Positions 49,657 through 62,500 of a stretch of DNA of 64,000 nucleotides are shown here, piece by piece. The stretch covers positions 62,001-126,000 of the forward strand of contig RSEE01000084.1 in assembly GCA_003971905.1 (NCBI GenBank), read 5' to 3'. Position 1 is the first letter of the stretch; every line of letters begins with the position of its first letter. The position numbers and the translations under genes were made by a program. The DNA is from Moniliella sp. 'wahieum'. Lineage: Eukaryota. The notes beneath the pieces are model-generated. The model saw only the letters and a program-made list of their open reading frames with translations. It made no database searches and was not told the origin of the DNA.

Positions 49657-50241
49657 GCTTTGGCTTGACAAAAAGGTCTTGCGGGCTGGTCGCACGCCTG
49701 GCGCCTGCGCCTCAGCTTCGCGCGCTTCCCTCAGGCGACTAGGGCTACTACTCTGACCCTGCTTCGACAGGGGACAGGTACAATCGGACTGCTCTGCTCA
49801 CGGCTGTTGTGGTGGATTGGACAATGCTTGTGGCGCTGTAGGATTTCACTATGGTAGCACTCGTGATGCGTTGTGGCAGCAAGTAGGAACAGAACCTGGT
49901 TCGAGGCGAAGAATAATACAAGAGTCAAAAAAGACAGGCTTCAGCGTTCAGAGCAAGGACGGATCGACAGATACTGTCCAGCGACAGAAGGAGCAGGAAG
50001 GGATTGCTGCCGACACATTTTGAGTGCAGGGCAGCAGCAGGCAGGACCGATGCGGTCAAGAGGATACAAATAAACTGGATGAGGGCAACATCTTGATGGG
50101 TTATGCAGTGTTGGGTTGAGTGAGGCGGGGGGCGCGGGGGGAAGGGGGGGGTATGAAAAATGTTGGAAAGATAGACAAACATGAAGATGAATGATTGGAG
50201 AGGCTAGTCGGCATACCCATACCGCACATTGGCTCGGGCGA

Positions 50242-53200
50242 TTAGTTGCTGACAATGAAAGCCAAGAATGCGGAGTAGGGGGCTAGTGGCACCCGCAGGG
50301 TCGTAAGGCCCCACCTCTTCTTTTCCTTGGTCTTGCTGGTTACGAGAGGAAAGGAAAGGTAAATCTGCCAGTTGCGCAGTCCCAGAAAAAGAGTAAGGTT
50401 GGTTGGATCAGCACTGCCAATCGGCGCGCACGAGTGAAAGAGTAGGCATCCTCGAGCGACATGTGGCATGAGCCACAAGTAGGCCAGAATCACCGTAACA
50501 CTCCGGCTCACCCCGGCTCGGCAGTGCACCAAGACCGTACCACCTGAGCGATGGAGGTGTGGATATACTCGACGGCAGGGAGAAGTACGTCCCGCAAGGG
50601 CTGCAGTCCATCGTCGGGAAGACCCGCGACCTCACGTAATTGGATCAAGCCAAGGGCATGGGCACCCCACAGCGTGTTGGGGGTAGGGGCGGAATCGGAC
50701 CCCGTTTCAATGAGCGACTGAGTCAGGGGTGATTCCCCCACGGATACAACGTGGGTAATCTTCTGGGCACGCAGCATGCCCACATTGATGGCGTGGTCGG
50801 CAGAGCCGAGGTAAAGCTGGGGCAAGATGCGCGAGGCGAGCGAGCCCGTGAAGACGGATGGTTTACCCACTCACCCTCAAGTGCGAACCGACTCGTTGGG
50901 TGGGATACGGGTAAACGAAGCGCTGCGGCATGTACACAATCCTCCACCGCCGTTCGTCCAAGATCGAGCCCCCCACGCGTCGTATGACGAGAGATCCGCG
51001 ACATTGGCCAGGCTGTGCTGCGAACGGGAGAGAAGTTTCCACCGCGCCAACGGAGAAGACCATTCCCACGCTAGAACGGCGAGGGGGCGCTGGCCGAGGC
51101 AGACGCGCGCATGAAGGCGAGCCTCGATGGACCGCAAAAGAGGCATCTGTCAGGATAGACGTGCACCTCGCGTTTGCATATGTTGTGGGCGTACATCATC
51201 GCTTGGGGGAGACCGAGTGAGTAACGGTACATGAGAAAGGTGAGTGAGATTACCGCGATACCCATATAGCCATCATTCGAGTAGAGAAGAATCTTCTTCC
51301 CCCATTGGCTGGGCTCGGCGCTGGTCCGCCGTCGGCTCGAAGAATGGGGAGCTCGTCGACAGGATTTGGATTCGTCCGCAAACGAAGCTGGTTCGGCCAT
51401 GCGATGCATCCACATTACCAAGTCGATCAATTTGTCCACCGCTGCCGAGCGGGTCTGCGGGGCCGCACAGCAAAGCTCACTCACAGGGCCCGAAGCTTGG
51501 CAGTATTGATTGCAGGCTGCGTCACATCCGCCGCTGCAAGGGGTGGGGCGGAGGGGGTTGCCGTCGGAAGATTCTCAGCCTCATAACCCACTAAAGCTTG
51601 ATCCTTACGCAGCGCTTGGGCAGTTCGCTGTTCAAGGGAGTCGAGGAAGGATGCTACACGGGTCAGCTGGCCTTGGTCGGCTGTGTCAAAGCCATTTCAG
51701 CATGCACTACCACCGCATATCCGGCTGGGTTGTGCACCTTGACATCACCGGCTTCAACATATCGTGGGGAACATCTCCGGGTCCACCGACCTAGGAATCG
51801 AGTCAGACCAGGCACCATTGCAATGGACGGGTAACGTACAAATATGTTAGGTCCCAACTCGCTGGCTTTGGTGAGAACTTGCAGCAAGTTCCGCTCGTCC
51901 TTCCTCAAAATCGACGCCAAAGTGGGCGTGGCCATCGGAACCAACCTCAACAAGGGAGGGGAAGTGACGGTCAAATGCGTCGAATGGATCTTCGACCACA
52001 AAGACATTGTAAGTTACGGGGACCGCTTCGGCACCCCACAGGTCAACCATCTCTTTCTTGTGGGTAGCTTGCGCTTGAGCAATCCACTGCGCGAGTTCGA
52101 GCATGCCACTGTGTAGGCCCGCAGGGCAATAGATAAATACGTCCGAGATTTTGGTGAAAAGTGAGTACTGTCCGCCAAAGTTGCGCAGCTCATGAGGCAG
52201 GTCTGGCTTGCCAGGACGCAGTGCGGGCTGAAATGAGCATGCCAATTCTCTTGTTTTTCGGCCGGGTCCAAATCCATGGCAGAAGCGCTGATCACTGGAT
52301 CTTCCTCGGGGCTATCAACGAGGAAGCCAGCGTTCATCTCCGCTCCTACTTTTCGTTCGCCCTGCAATGGTGCGTAAAGGCACTTGCGCACATCAAACGT
52401 GCCAGCCAAACGCGAATGGGGAGGCTGTGGATCGTACGCTTCTCCATTTCCAGCCGCTTTTCCACGCGGATGGCACTGGACAGTCTTGGGCTGAGCAGAC
52501 AAGGTAGAGGTAGGGGCCGAATGAAGACGTGACATGGTAGCCTCGCAACCCCCTCCACTTGGCGCGTCATGCGACAGGAAAGATGTGTGCTTGGTAGAGG
52601 GGGAGGAGCCCAAGGTGGCGGGATCCATACTCTACACTTGTTGCGGCCGAGGCAATGCTGGCGCGGGCCTCGAGAGAGAGGCTGGACCAGGCGCTCAAAC
52701 TTTCGCGCGAGGACGAGTCGAGGGTATCGACAGACGTGCGCTCAAACAAGCTGCGACGGGCCTCCATATCTGTACAAGCGAATCAAGCGATGAATGCAGC
52801 AAGGGAGGCACTGTGCCCTGATCGGACGACAAGGACTCAAAGGCTCGGGTGACGCGCGGAGGTGGGTGGGGTGGAGTGGGGCGGTGCTGTAGAGCGTCGT
52901 TCCCGGGGACGGCATGTCTGCACGGACTGTAACCATCCCGCGATACTTGGGAGGCGCCGAGGCGCCCAGGCCGCTGCCGTAGAGCCAGGGAAACAACTGG
53001 GCCGGAACATCGGTGCGGTCAAACTGGGTGTACAAGGCGCAAACTGGGCGGCAGTGATACGGCGGACACACTGCGGAGGCGGCTGCGAGGATGGGGCGGA
53101 GGCAGCGCATGGCTCACTCTCGGCGCAGGGAGGATGAGGGGGGGGTAGAGGCTGAGGTCGGGGTGGTGGAGCCCCCAGGTGTCGGCGGGGCGGCGGGGCA

Positions 53201-53279
53201 GGGGCGGGGACGGGGACGGGGGGAGGACGAGGGAGTGGCTGGGCGGGAGCGCCGGCCAGGGAGAGCTGGGCGGGGGCAT
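50242..53279 (-). CDS. PPS1: Pps1-like dual-specificity protein phosphatase
   Basis: VRRITAAQF...PAQLFPWLYG, LRNFGGQ...KISDVFIYCPAG, NVFVVEDPF, degenerate DSP segment KILLYSNDGY, SRILPQLYLGSADHA, ITHVVSVGE, DDGLQPL, catalytic VHCRAGVSRSVTVILAYL. Ends approximate. Confidence 0.82.
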
Positions 53280-54446
53280 GGGGGGTGTGGGCGGGGCCTG
53301 CGGTTGAGGCAGGGGCCGTGGAGCGGGAGGCGAGGTGGGAGGAGGAGGTGTGGTGGAGGTGGAGGTGGAGGGGGGGGGACGAATGGCGTCTGGGATGGCG
53401 AGGTAAAAACGCCCAGCAGTGCATGCAGGCGGCGGACAGCAGGACGCACCGGGCGGGCAGCACAGGGGCTGTGTGGGCGCTGGGCGCTGGGCGCGTCCTT
53501 ATCTCTGGTGTGGGGACACTGGCCTGGTGGGGCCTCGTGTGCATGCTTGGTCTGGGTTGCTGGACGCAGCGCTGCCGAGTGTGATGCAGCCGCGCTGCAC
53601 TGGGGCAGCCTAAATAAGCCTGCCCCATACCCGCACATGCCATGGCAGATCATAGCGGCCGCTGCCGTTACCGCTACCGCAGCCGCATTGCCTCTGTCCG
53701 TCGGCCATTGCCTATGGATGGACCGGACTGATTACTGATTGCATCCACCGCCCATTCCGCCAACGCCCCAAGCCTCCACGGGCGTAGCCCCCACCGCCCC
53801 ATCCATATTACCACCCCAGCGAACAAACACTTCCCCTTTTCGCCCCCTTTGGCCCCTTTTGCCCCTGGAAGCTTGTTGCAGCTTTGCAAGCTTGCAAGGG
53901 GTGTACGATGCATGATGGCCTCCTTTTCTGGTTCGCCCATGTTGCATCCTCCCGTTCGGCCCTCGTCAGCGCGTCAGCGTATCATGCATCTGCATTAGCC
54001 ACCCCTCCATCCCACACCGGGGCCAGAAGATGCCGGGCCGACGCTCCCTGGCCTACGTTCGAAACGTCAACACGAGTAGGGTCTACGAAAAAGAAAAATC
54101 AACAGCGGTAATAAGATCACCATCACGCGTCACGCGTCACGGCCCAAGATCCAAAGAGCCGCAGCCACATGCCAGTTTCAAACGTCAATTCCCCTCCGTT
54201 CCGCCGCTTCCTCCCACGGCACTTCCGCCCGGAAACCGAGGCGTGGGGCGGGCATCACGTGATGCATGCTGGCGTGCACGTGCAGGCGCCCCGGCGCTGC
54301 TACTCTCCAGCCAAGGCCGGCTGATCGCACCGTCCGCCGCGGCTGGTGCGCTGCCACCACCACCTCCACTCTTCCTCGCCCCGCCCCTCGTCCGCTGGGC
54401 GTCAACGGGGAGGAGCGTGCTGAGCGCGGAGCGCTGACGCTGACCG

Positions 54447-55590
54447 ATGCCACCAATACCCCCCCCCCCCCCCCTGTTGATGCCCCCCTCCCCCTCCTGC
54501 CCCCTCCGCCCGCCCCCTGTCCCAGTGGCTCTGGGACCATCGCACGGTTACTGCGGCCGGCACTGCCTCTCTCGTCAGCACCGCCGTGTCCTTTCCGCTT
54601 GATTCGCTCAAGGCACTCCAGGTACGCGTCTACCCCCCCCGGCCGTCGTCAACTGCGCCCGCACCGTCTTTGCCGAGGAGGGCATCCGCGGCTTTACTCG
54701 TGGCATGGCCGTCCCACTCGCCACCATCTCCTTTGTGCGTACCTCTAGTTTTGGCATTTACACCAATACCAAGCGCCTCTTCCACCAAGCCGGCTGGTTC
54801 TGTGACCCCTTCTCGGTTCGTGATGTGGCTGCCTCGGGCGCCCTGGGCGGCGCCACGTTGGCATGATCATTTCCTGTGGCTCGGCCCCCTTTGAGCTAGT
54901 CAAGGTCCAGCGGCAACTGGAGTACATAATTGCCTCCAGCAGGGCCGCGCTCAGACCGGTTTCAAGACCGCGATGACGGGCGTGCAAGCTGCTCGTCAGA
55001 TCTATCGCGACCACCGCGGTCTTCGTGGATTTTACTTGGGCTTCCGTCTTCATCTTTTGCGCGACACGTTTGGCACGACCCTTTACTTTGGATTTTACGA
55101 TTCTTGCCGTGCCTTGTTGCCCAGCAGGCAGTGCGACACCAGGGGCTGTCATCCGAGCAGAGGTTTGCTGGACCCGTCTCAGTTGGGGCATCCCGGCCCC
55201 CATTGTCGCCTTTGAATGGCAGCGTAGCCGGAATCGCGTCCTGGTTCTTTGTATACCCCCTGGACCTTGTCAAGACCCGTGTGCAAAAACAAGCGTTGGC
55301 CGGAGCGCCACCGACATCGTCCGTGCGCATTTTTCTCCAGATCCTCAATGCCCCGCGCCGGGCGAACGGCAGAGTCTCCCACGTCGCTTCCTCCGGCTCT
55401 ACCGCGGTTTGGGAGTGGCACGTTCCGCAGCTTCTTCTCCCACGGCATTACCTGGTCCCTGATCGAGTACACCAGTCTTGCCATTACCCACCGTGCCCAG
55501 CGCGATGGCATCCCTGGCTCGTTTGGGGATTCGGGCCGGGAAGAGCGGAGTGCGCTCCACGCTCGCCCCGACAGCACCGTTCTCGAGTAG
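54447..55590 (+). CDS. Mitochondrial carrier family protein (substrate unassigned)
   Basis: Three carrier signatures (SFPLDSLK, APFELVKVQRQL, VYPLDLVKTRVQ) and EEGIRG/HRGLRGFYLG/RLYRGLG matrix helices; HLLRDTFGTTLYFGFYD. Confidence 0.88.
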
Positions 55591-56328
55591 TCTTCCTCCT
55601 TTCCTCTCTTCGTATGCACCCCACTTTCCTGTCAAGCACGATTGTCTCTTGCTTGAGGATGGCCCCTCGAGTTTGATGAGCCAATCTGGTGCTTTGCCTC
55701 TTTCCTGCCGCCGTTCTACATCTGCATCTAGTCCACTGGTTTCCTGCTACTAATCTGTGCAATCGTCCTGTGTAACTTGGAACAAAGCGCAGCCCATAAC
55801 ATGGTAGTCATATCTCTCTGGGCTGTACCTCATGCTGGTAACGCTAACCCCGACTGCTCAGAATCTATGCAGGTAATATACTCTTCATTCCATCAGATGT
55901 GACCTGTTATCATTCATCGGACCACTGTCCTAGCCTCACCTTGGCGATGCACCCCACTTGTACATTCCTGAATCCTCGAGCCAAAAGCCAATCGTTTTAC
56001 CTGCTTCTTGGGGCCTCGCATCCTAATCATTCTGTCGGCCAGGCGAAGTGCTCGCATCCTTGTGATTGTGCCGCCTGTGTCAACTAGTGCGGGAATGGAT
56101 ATACCTGACTCTAGTGTGAGGTTACCTGCCATTGGTCGTCAGTTCATCTACTTCAAGGAGTGCTAACGGTGCCTAGTGCATTGGCAGTTAATTGGCAGCA
56201 TGCAGGATGTCCATTGTTTCCAACCGGAACAAGAGTGGTCGCGCTTCCGATGCCGGCGCATCATACTGCCGTGTTAGCACTGCTGTCCAGAAGCGAGGAT
56301 GAAGAGGGAGACGATGCGATTGCAATTA

Positions 56329-58458
56329 TTACGAAGTCTGTCGCTTGTGCAGTAAGAAGCTCCTGGTCCAATCAACAAGAGTCAGCGTCAGTATCCCGTC
56401 CGCCCGACCCAACAACAGGAAATCCAGACACGCACCCCTCATACCCATTCATATCGGTAGGCGTAAACGTATCCCTCCACCGTCCCACCAGGCACCCGCC
56501 CGTCAACGCATAGCCGCGGTACAGCCGCAGCCCGCGTCCATCGGGGGAATACGATTTTTTCAAAATGATCATGCCGTCCCAGCTGCGAATACGACCACGC
56601 AGGGAAAAGCGGCCCCAGGCCGAGTGGCCCGTGCCCCGGATCCGATCTCGTAGCAATCCGGGTCGTCCGAGTAGCGTTCCCTCTCTTCGGTGGTAAGCTC
56701 GTCCAGGCCAAAGGACGGGTAGTCTTGATCGGGATCGCGGACCCACGTGGGCGCCACGCTCTCCTGATGAAGCGCGGGGGGGTGGGGAACGTTGCGAACC
56801 AACTCTTCATGCGACCGGTCGTCTCGGTTGTTCGTGTCCTCGCAACCGGCATTCAGCCGGCTGCCGCTGCCGCCTACCGACTCAGAGGGACCAAGGCGGA
56901 CCATGCGTTCCTTCAGCTTCCACATCTGAGGCTGTTCCCCAAATGTGCCGTCGTACAACGCGCGCATGTCCCCCTGCAGCATCTGGCCAAACGCATCAAA
57001 GTCAAAAAAGCAAAACCGTCCTTCCCACGATCCAGCAAACTCGCCCGCCGAGAACGAGGGCCGTAGACCCAGCGATCGAGAAGGAGAGGCGCACGCCAAC
57101 AGACGCAGTAGGTCCTTATCGTACGCCGCCGACGGGAACAGGGGCGACCGGCACGCCTAACGCGAGCGGCAGGCGCCTTTCGTCCTGGCTGATCTCCGCT
57201 TCGGGACCGAGTCCCTTGCGGGTCCGTCCTCACCAAGGTGGAGGGGCGTTGTGTCCGACGAATCGGTAAGGACACGTGCTGGCGGGCGATGGGGCACTTG
57301 AAAGCCGGATGAGGCACCTTCAGCGTGCTGGGCTGGCGCGTCGGGTAGTGCGCTGCGAGCTCGCCCGACATGGTGATCACGCTGGGGTCGCGTTCGACTC
57401 GCTGGAAAAACATGACGCACGCAGCATGTGACAGGATCGGGGGGCAAATGGTGAGCTCTTGCCCGAGGTGTTGGATGTGGCACACCCGGCTCTGCCCAAG
57501 ATGAGGGACGAGGGGGGTTGAGACTCCGGGTTCTGAGGGAGGCACAGGCGAATCGGCCAAAGGTCGCTGGACTGTCGTCTTTGAGGGATTTGAAGAGGGG
57601 GGTGGGGCTCGCTCCAGGGGGCAAAGAAGGCATCAAACTGGAAGTAATAAGGATCAGTCTTTTTTGTTCCATCTGGTTGGTTGGAAGGGGACATACCTGA
57701 TGTGAAGCAAAGACGTAAGGACGCAAAAGAAAAATGCGCTGAGTGGCCTCAGGGCATCCTCTTTGTTCAACGCCGATTGTCGCTGAACGAGGGTAATCAG
57801 GTGGAACGCGAGGGAGCGAGCAGGGCCGGGGCGGGTAGGTAGGAGGACCGAAGCAAGTCCGAAACAATTTCTTGGTTGTAAAAGAGCTGATTATAGCTCG
57901 CCATTTCTGCCCAGAGCAACTGATGGTAGTTCTTGCCATCATTCTCGGTCATCGAGGTAGGCAAGCCATAGGTTCTCCTCAGCTCAGCCTCGGCTTCGGC
58001 GCGGGTCTGGATCTGGCCTGGGTTGGGCGCGCAGACAGGATCAAGCCCAGGGAACAGCCGTCCAACCGCAACGGCGTAGCGGATGCGCTTGAGAATGCAG
58101 CATCGCTTGACCAGCTCGTCCGCCAAGATGGGAGCATTAAGAATGGCGCGGCCATATCGGCGGGCTAGGGCGGAGGTGTCAAACTTGGCATGGAAGATGC
58201 TGGCGTAGAGGCGAGGACAAGACTGCGCCTGATCTTCAAGTAGATCTGACTGCATGTGCAGAGAAGCGGTATCAGAGCTGAGGGGGTAGGCGGCGCTGGG
58301 GGTGCTGGGGGCGCTGGGGGCAAGCGGGGGGAATGGGGTGGATCGGGGGCAGGAAAGATGGTAGGCGCAGGACTGTGCTCTGGTAGGACAGCAACGTAGT
58401 ACGCAATCGTCTCGACCACCTCAACCGGGAGGTGGTGGAGGGGTACATGTGACGGCAT
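56329..58458 (-). CDS. Uncharacterised fungal protein with N-terminal F-box-like motif
   Basis: LHHLPVEVVETIAYY...LIPLLCTCSQIY, LYASIFHAKFDTSALARR, MTENDGKN, GSWEGRF, GRIRSWDGMIIL, YRGY..GG.LVGRWRDTFTP...GYEG; last exon (G)SFLLHKRQTS* after a GTGCGT intron. Confidence 0.65.
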
Positions 58459-58541
58459 TGGCTTCGGCGACCGCCGCGTGCGGAGAGAGAAGGGAGAGAC
58501 GATGGAGATGGAAATGAAGATGGATATAGAGATGGAGACGG

Positions 58542-58624
58542 AGATGGCGATGGCGATGGCGATGGCGATGGCGATGGATGCGATGGCGATGGCGATGGCG
58601 ATGGCGATGGCGATGGCGATGGCG
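58542..58624. repeat. Hexanucleotide microsatellite (GATGGC)n
   Basis: About 13 copies in the 5' leader of the F-box-like gene. Confidence 0.93.
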
Positions 58625-58927
58625 AGGGGCGGGCGAGGCGTGTGGCTGCGAGCTTGGTGGCGTTCAACGTTCAACTGAACATTCAACCACCTCCGCTGCA
58701 TCCTCGCCTCGTCCTATCTGCTGTCTCCCCAGAGAACCTCGTCTGAAATGTTGACAAAACCCCCAAACAAAAAGAGAGACAGATGGAAATACTTACCCTC
58801 CAAAACTTTTACCGACCGTATCTAGCCGTCCGCGTCGACACCGCAATGCCCCAATGCCCAACATGTACCGCATGTGCACGCGAGCCGTTCCATTACACTT
58901 CAAGCTGCCGGGAACGAAGGGGGCGCT

Positions 58928-58935
58928 AAAAAAAA
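58928..58935 (-). terminator. RNA polymerase III oligo-T terminator of tRNA-Ser
   Basis: T8 run immediately after the tRNA discriminator base on the minus strand. Confidence 0.8.
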
Positions 58936-59031
58936 CGACAATGACAGGACTCGAACCTGTGCAGGCAAAGCCTAATTGATAATTGCAAACAGTAGTTCGA
59001 ATCAATCCCTTAACCGCTCGGGCACATTGCC
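58936..59031 (-). tRNA. tRNA-Ser(CGA) with 15-nt intron (58995-58981)
   Basis: Acceptor GGCAATG/CATTGTC with G discriminator, D arm CCCGAGCGGTTAAGGG, anticodon stem ATTGA/TCAAT with loop TT-CGA-A^A, long variable arm AGGC-TTT-GCCT, T arm ACAGG-TTCGAGT-CCTGT. Confidence 0.93.
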
Positions 59032-59583
59032 TTATTTGTGAGTTCCCGGGGATTATTCACGGGGACAGAAAAGCCCACATCTCTCTTTGTTTCGCGATTG
59101 TCGATATTTTCCGTTCCCTATATAGCTTGATACACCACCCTCTACCCTAATCTCGCTTCCGTCGCATCATGCACGTCTCTCTCATCACGGGCTTTGTGGC
59201 ATCCCCATCCCACCAGCATAGTTAAAAACATCGAGTAGAACATATTCAAAGCCGTGCATCAAGTGTTGAGCGCCAGAGAGTCGAGCGGAGCGCAGCAGCA
59301 GACATAAGACAGAGAAATGGCAGTGTAATACCAAAACGAACAACGCATCAAGAACGAAGCCCAAAAAGAGGTGAGCAGGATGGAGGGAAAGGGAGGTCGA
59401 CTGAGAACTGCTTTAGGGATGCAGGAACCCTTCAAGGCTCTGAGCGAACCAAGAATCAAAGTGGTGATTGCAACAGATGAAGAGGGCAAAACCGGAGGAA
59501 CTGTGTCCGGTTGATGGGTGGGAGGGAAGGTAGGAAACGTTTCTGAGCGTGAGTGGAGCGCAGCGAGGGCGGGCAGTGAGCTC

Positions 59584-62500
59584 TTAGTTCCACTTGCTAG
59601 ACGGTGGGTCGCGGGGTTCCAGTAATTTGGTTCGTCGGAGGCCAGTGGAGCAAGTTGCCCAGGGGTGGGCTGGTTGGTGGATCCTACGCGCAAGGGCGCT
59701 GATCCAGACAGAACCCACTCCAAAAGTGAATCGAGTCTGGCGTGGAAGGACTTGCATCTGCCTCGGTGGGGTCGGCCGGGTGGTGCGTCTGAGTTCCCTC
59801 TGCGTCTCTTCCTGTCACGTCAAGCACCAGTCCATCCGCCGATCGGGCAGTTACTGCAGAGGAAGACAACGGGGAAGTGAGGTCCGGTGTCCAAGGATCG
59901 GCACCTCTGCATTTGGCCCCAAGTCCGGTGGGTGGAGACCACAGAGGGGTTCTGATGCGAGGCAACAAATGCGGGCAGATCGAAGGACGGGACTAGAAGA
60001 GTGGGCAAAGTTCCGGGTTTGGAGAACTCCAACATGGACGGTGGAGGTCCCACTGCCAAAGAGAAAAGATCGGAGCCATTGGGTGCGACAGCAGGCAGGT
60101 CCAAAGGCCCTTCGCCAGGGGGTGGGCGAAGAAGGTAGGGGAAATCAGCCGTAAGAGGCAGCCCAGCCGATTTCGCCTTCATAGCCGCACTGTCTCCTGG
60201 AGCTCGTCCCGAGATAAGGCCAGAAACAATGGTAGGGTCGGTTATACCCCACTGAAACTGGGGCGGCTTCTATCTCAGGAGGAGGCCTTTTAACCAATTC
60301 GAGGGAGGGGGCGCTCTTCTTTGCTTGCAGTGGAGGGGAAGCGGCAGGAAGAGGGTTATTGGAGGAAGACTCAATTGCCTCCTTGATGCGAAGGGCAAGA
60401 TCGAGAACGTTGGTCTGGCCCCGACGCCGCTTGAGGGAGTTGGACGGGTCAGATGAGCGGCGCTGGGACGAGTCCCACTGTGACTTCTCCGCAGCTTGCA
60501 TGCACGTAGGATAGAAAGCGAACGGGCAGTGTAGGGCGAGGTCGTGCGTACGCTATCAAGGCATTGATGGCTTCTTGAACATCCCGAAGTGCATGCTCTC
60601 TCTCTCTCTCGTCTGCTGGTGGTGCAGACAAGAGGTCAAAGAGAAGCACGACAGCTGCGTTGAATGATTGAAGAAGGATGAACCAGAGACGGTCGACGAT
60701 TGACGGGAGGAGATGGAGCGCAGCTGTCGCTGCATCGCAAGAATATAGCGTGCAAGACGGACACATACCCTCGTCCTTCGAGGTCCAACGAAAGCGCCAC
60801 ACGAGCAGACGGAGCAACTTGGAATACGGCTTGATGCAATAGCCAGCGCTGTACGGATACGTCCGAACCCGACTCTACTTGCGCCGATTCTCATCGGGGG
60901 AAAGAGGAAGGGAGATAGAAAGCAAAGCACGGTATCGCTTGTCAAGTTGGCCTGTCTTCTGTGCCGTAAGGCGGCGGCTGGATCGTTGGTGTCCACTCAA
61001 GTCGCGATCGGTTGAGCAGATCGGTGGTTTGACGGACGATGTCGGCGAAAGCAAGCTTGGAGAGCACAAAAGACATTTCCGTATGAACTTCATCAGGATG
61101 AGGTGGGGGGAGCTGACTTGACACAAGTCCACATCATTGTAGTTCCCCGGAAGAGGGGTGTTGAATGTGTTACGCTGGATGGTGTACATCCCCGTTGTCT
61201 CAGAAGCACACCAATCGCGCCAGACAAGCGTCCACCAGATGCGGTAGTAGGTCTCGCGAAGAATGACCGTACCAGGGTCTTCTCCCGGTTGGGGGAGACG
61301 GTGGAGATCTCCCATCCGATGAAGGCCCATACTCACCGCAGTGCTGATGGCAATTTTAAGGAGCGCCGCCTGTTCCTCATCGCTCTCAGCACTGAACAGC
61401 TCGGCCAGTAGGATGGCTTGGAGAACCGTGACGCTCTTGCTCGCCATGTACCCCGCCAGCAACAGCACAGTTTTGAACGCAGAATACCACGTGTGGATTG
61501 TGCGGCCGTCAAATAGAAAAGTTATATTGGCATAACGTTCTGGCGCGTGACCGGGGTTGGGATAGAATTGCATCGCCAGCACCAGCACCATCAGAAGGAG
61601 AGCCAGCCAACCCGGATCGAGGTGGTTGACGATGCGGGCTTGCATTTCCACCGAAGGCAAATCATAAAACCTCTCCACCTCACGAAGGAGCGAGGGGACG
61701 TGCACCACATGGCCAGTGAGGTAGTAAACCTGGTTCGATAAACGTCAATCAGTTGTAACGTATATTTTTGGGGGGCAAGGACCGGATGATACTGCGCAAG
61801 ACTGATTCGCGCTCGGGTGCACCCGGACAAAGAAACGGAGGAGTAGGGGTGATGGTATTGTACTCAGCAGCAACCTCGGCTGAGCCAAGAGCCCATCCAT
61901 ACCCCATCCCAAAAGTGTGTCGGGTCCTTGCTTGAGGCGAAACAGTCCACGATTTGAACTGCCAATTTGGCGGATTCAGCATAAGCGCCGTACGGAGGCA
62001 CTTTGTGATCCCTATGCTCCGAGACCCCCTGGGACTGGTTGATAGACCCCCGCGGGACTCCTCGTCATCACGATCGTTGTCTAGCTGGCCCGAAGACCCG
62101 GCGGGGAAGATGTGTAGAAGCTGGAAGCTGGGCCGATATATAATTTTGGCCCATTCCCGTTGTTGTAGGCACTGGAGGTGGCTCTCCCGTTAGCGGACCG
62201 AAAGCATCAATCCGTCGCGGGTCGAGAATATCCGTTGCATTTAGAGAAGGGTTCATACTGGCGTTTGCGACTGCCTGGCGGTGCTCCGAGCACTCTGGGC
62301 AGTTAGTGATTAAACATTCAGACGCCGATCCGTGTGGGAGCAATCGCTCGGTTGAAATGGTAGATGGATCCTCAGGCACGCGATGAATCGCCCTGCTTCC
62401 TACGGAACGATTGGCCCTATCAGGACGAGTGTGCTGTGCTCCTCCCAGAGCCAACCCTTCCAAGACTGTCGCCGCATTATCCACGTCGGTAGCTTGACTG

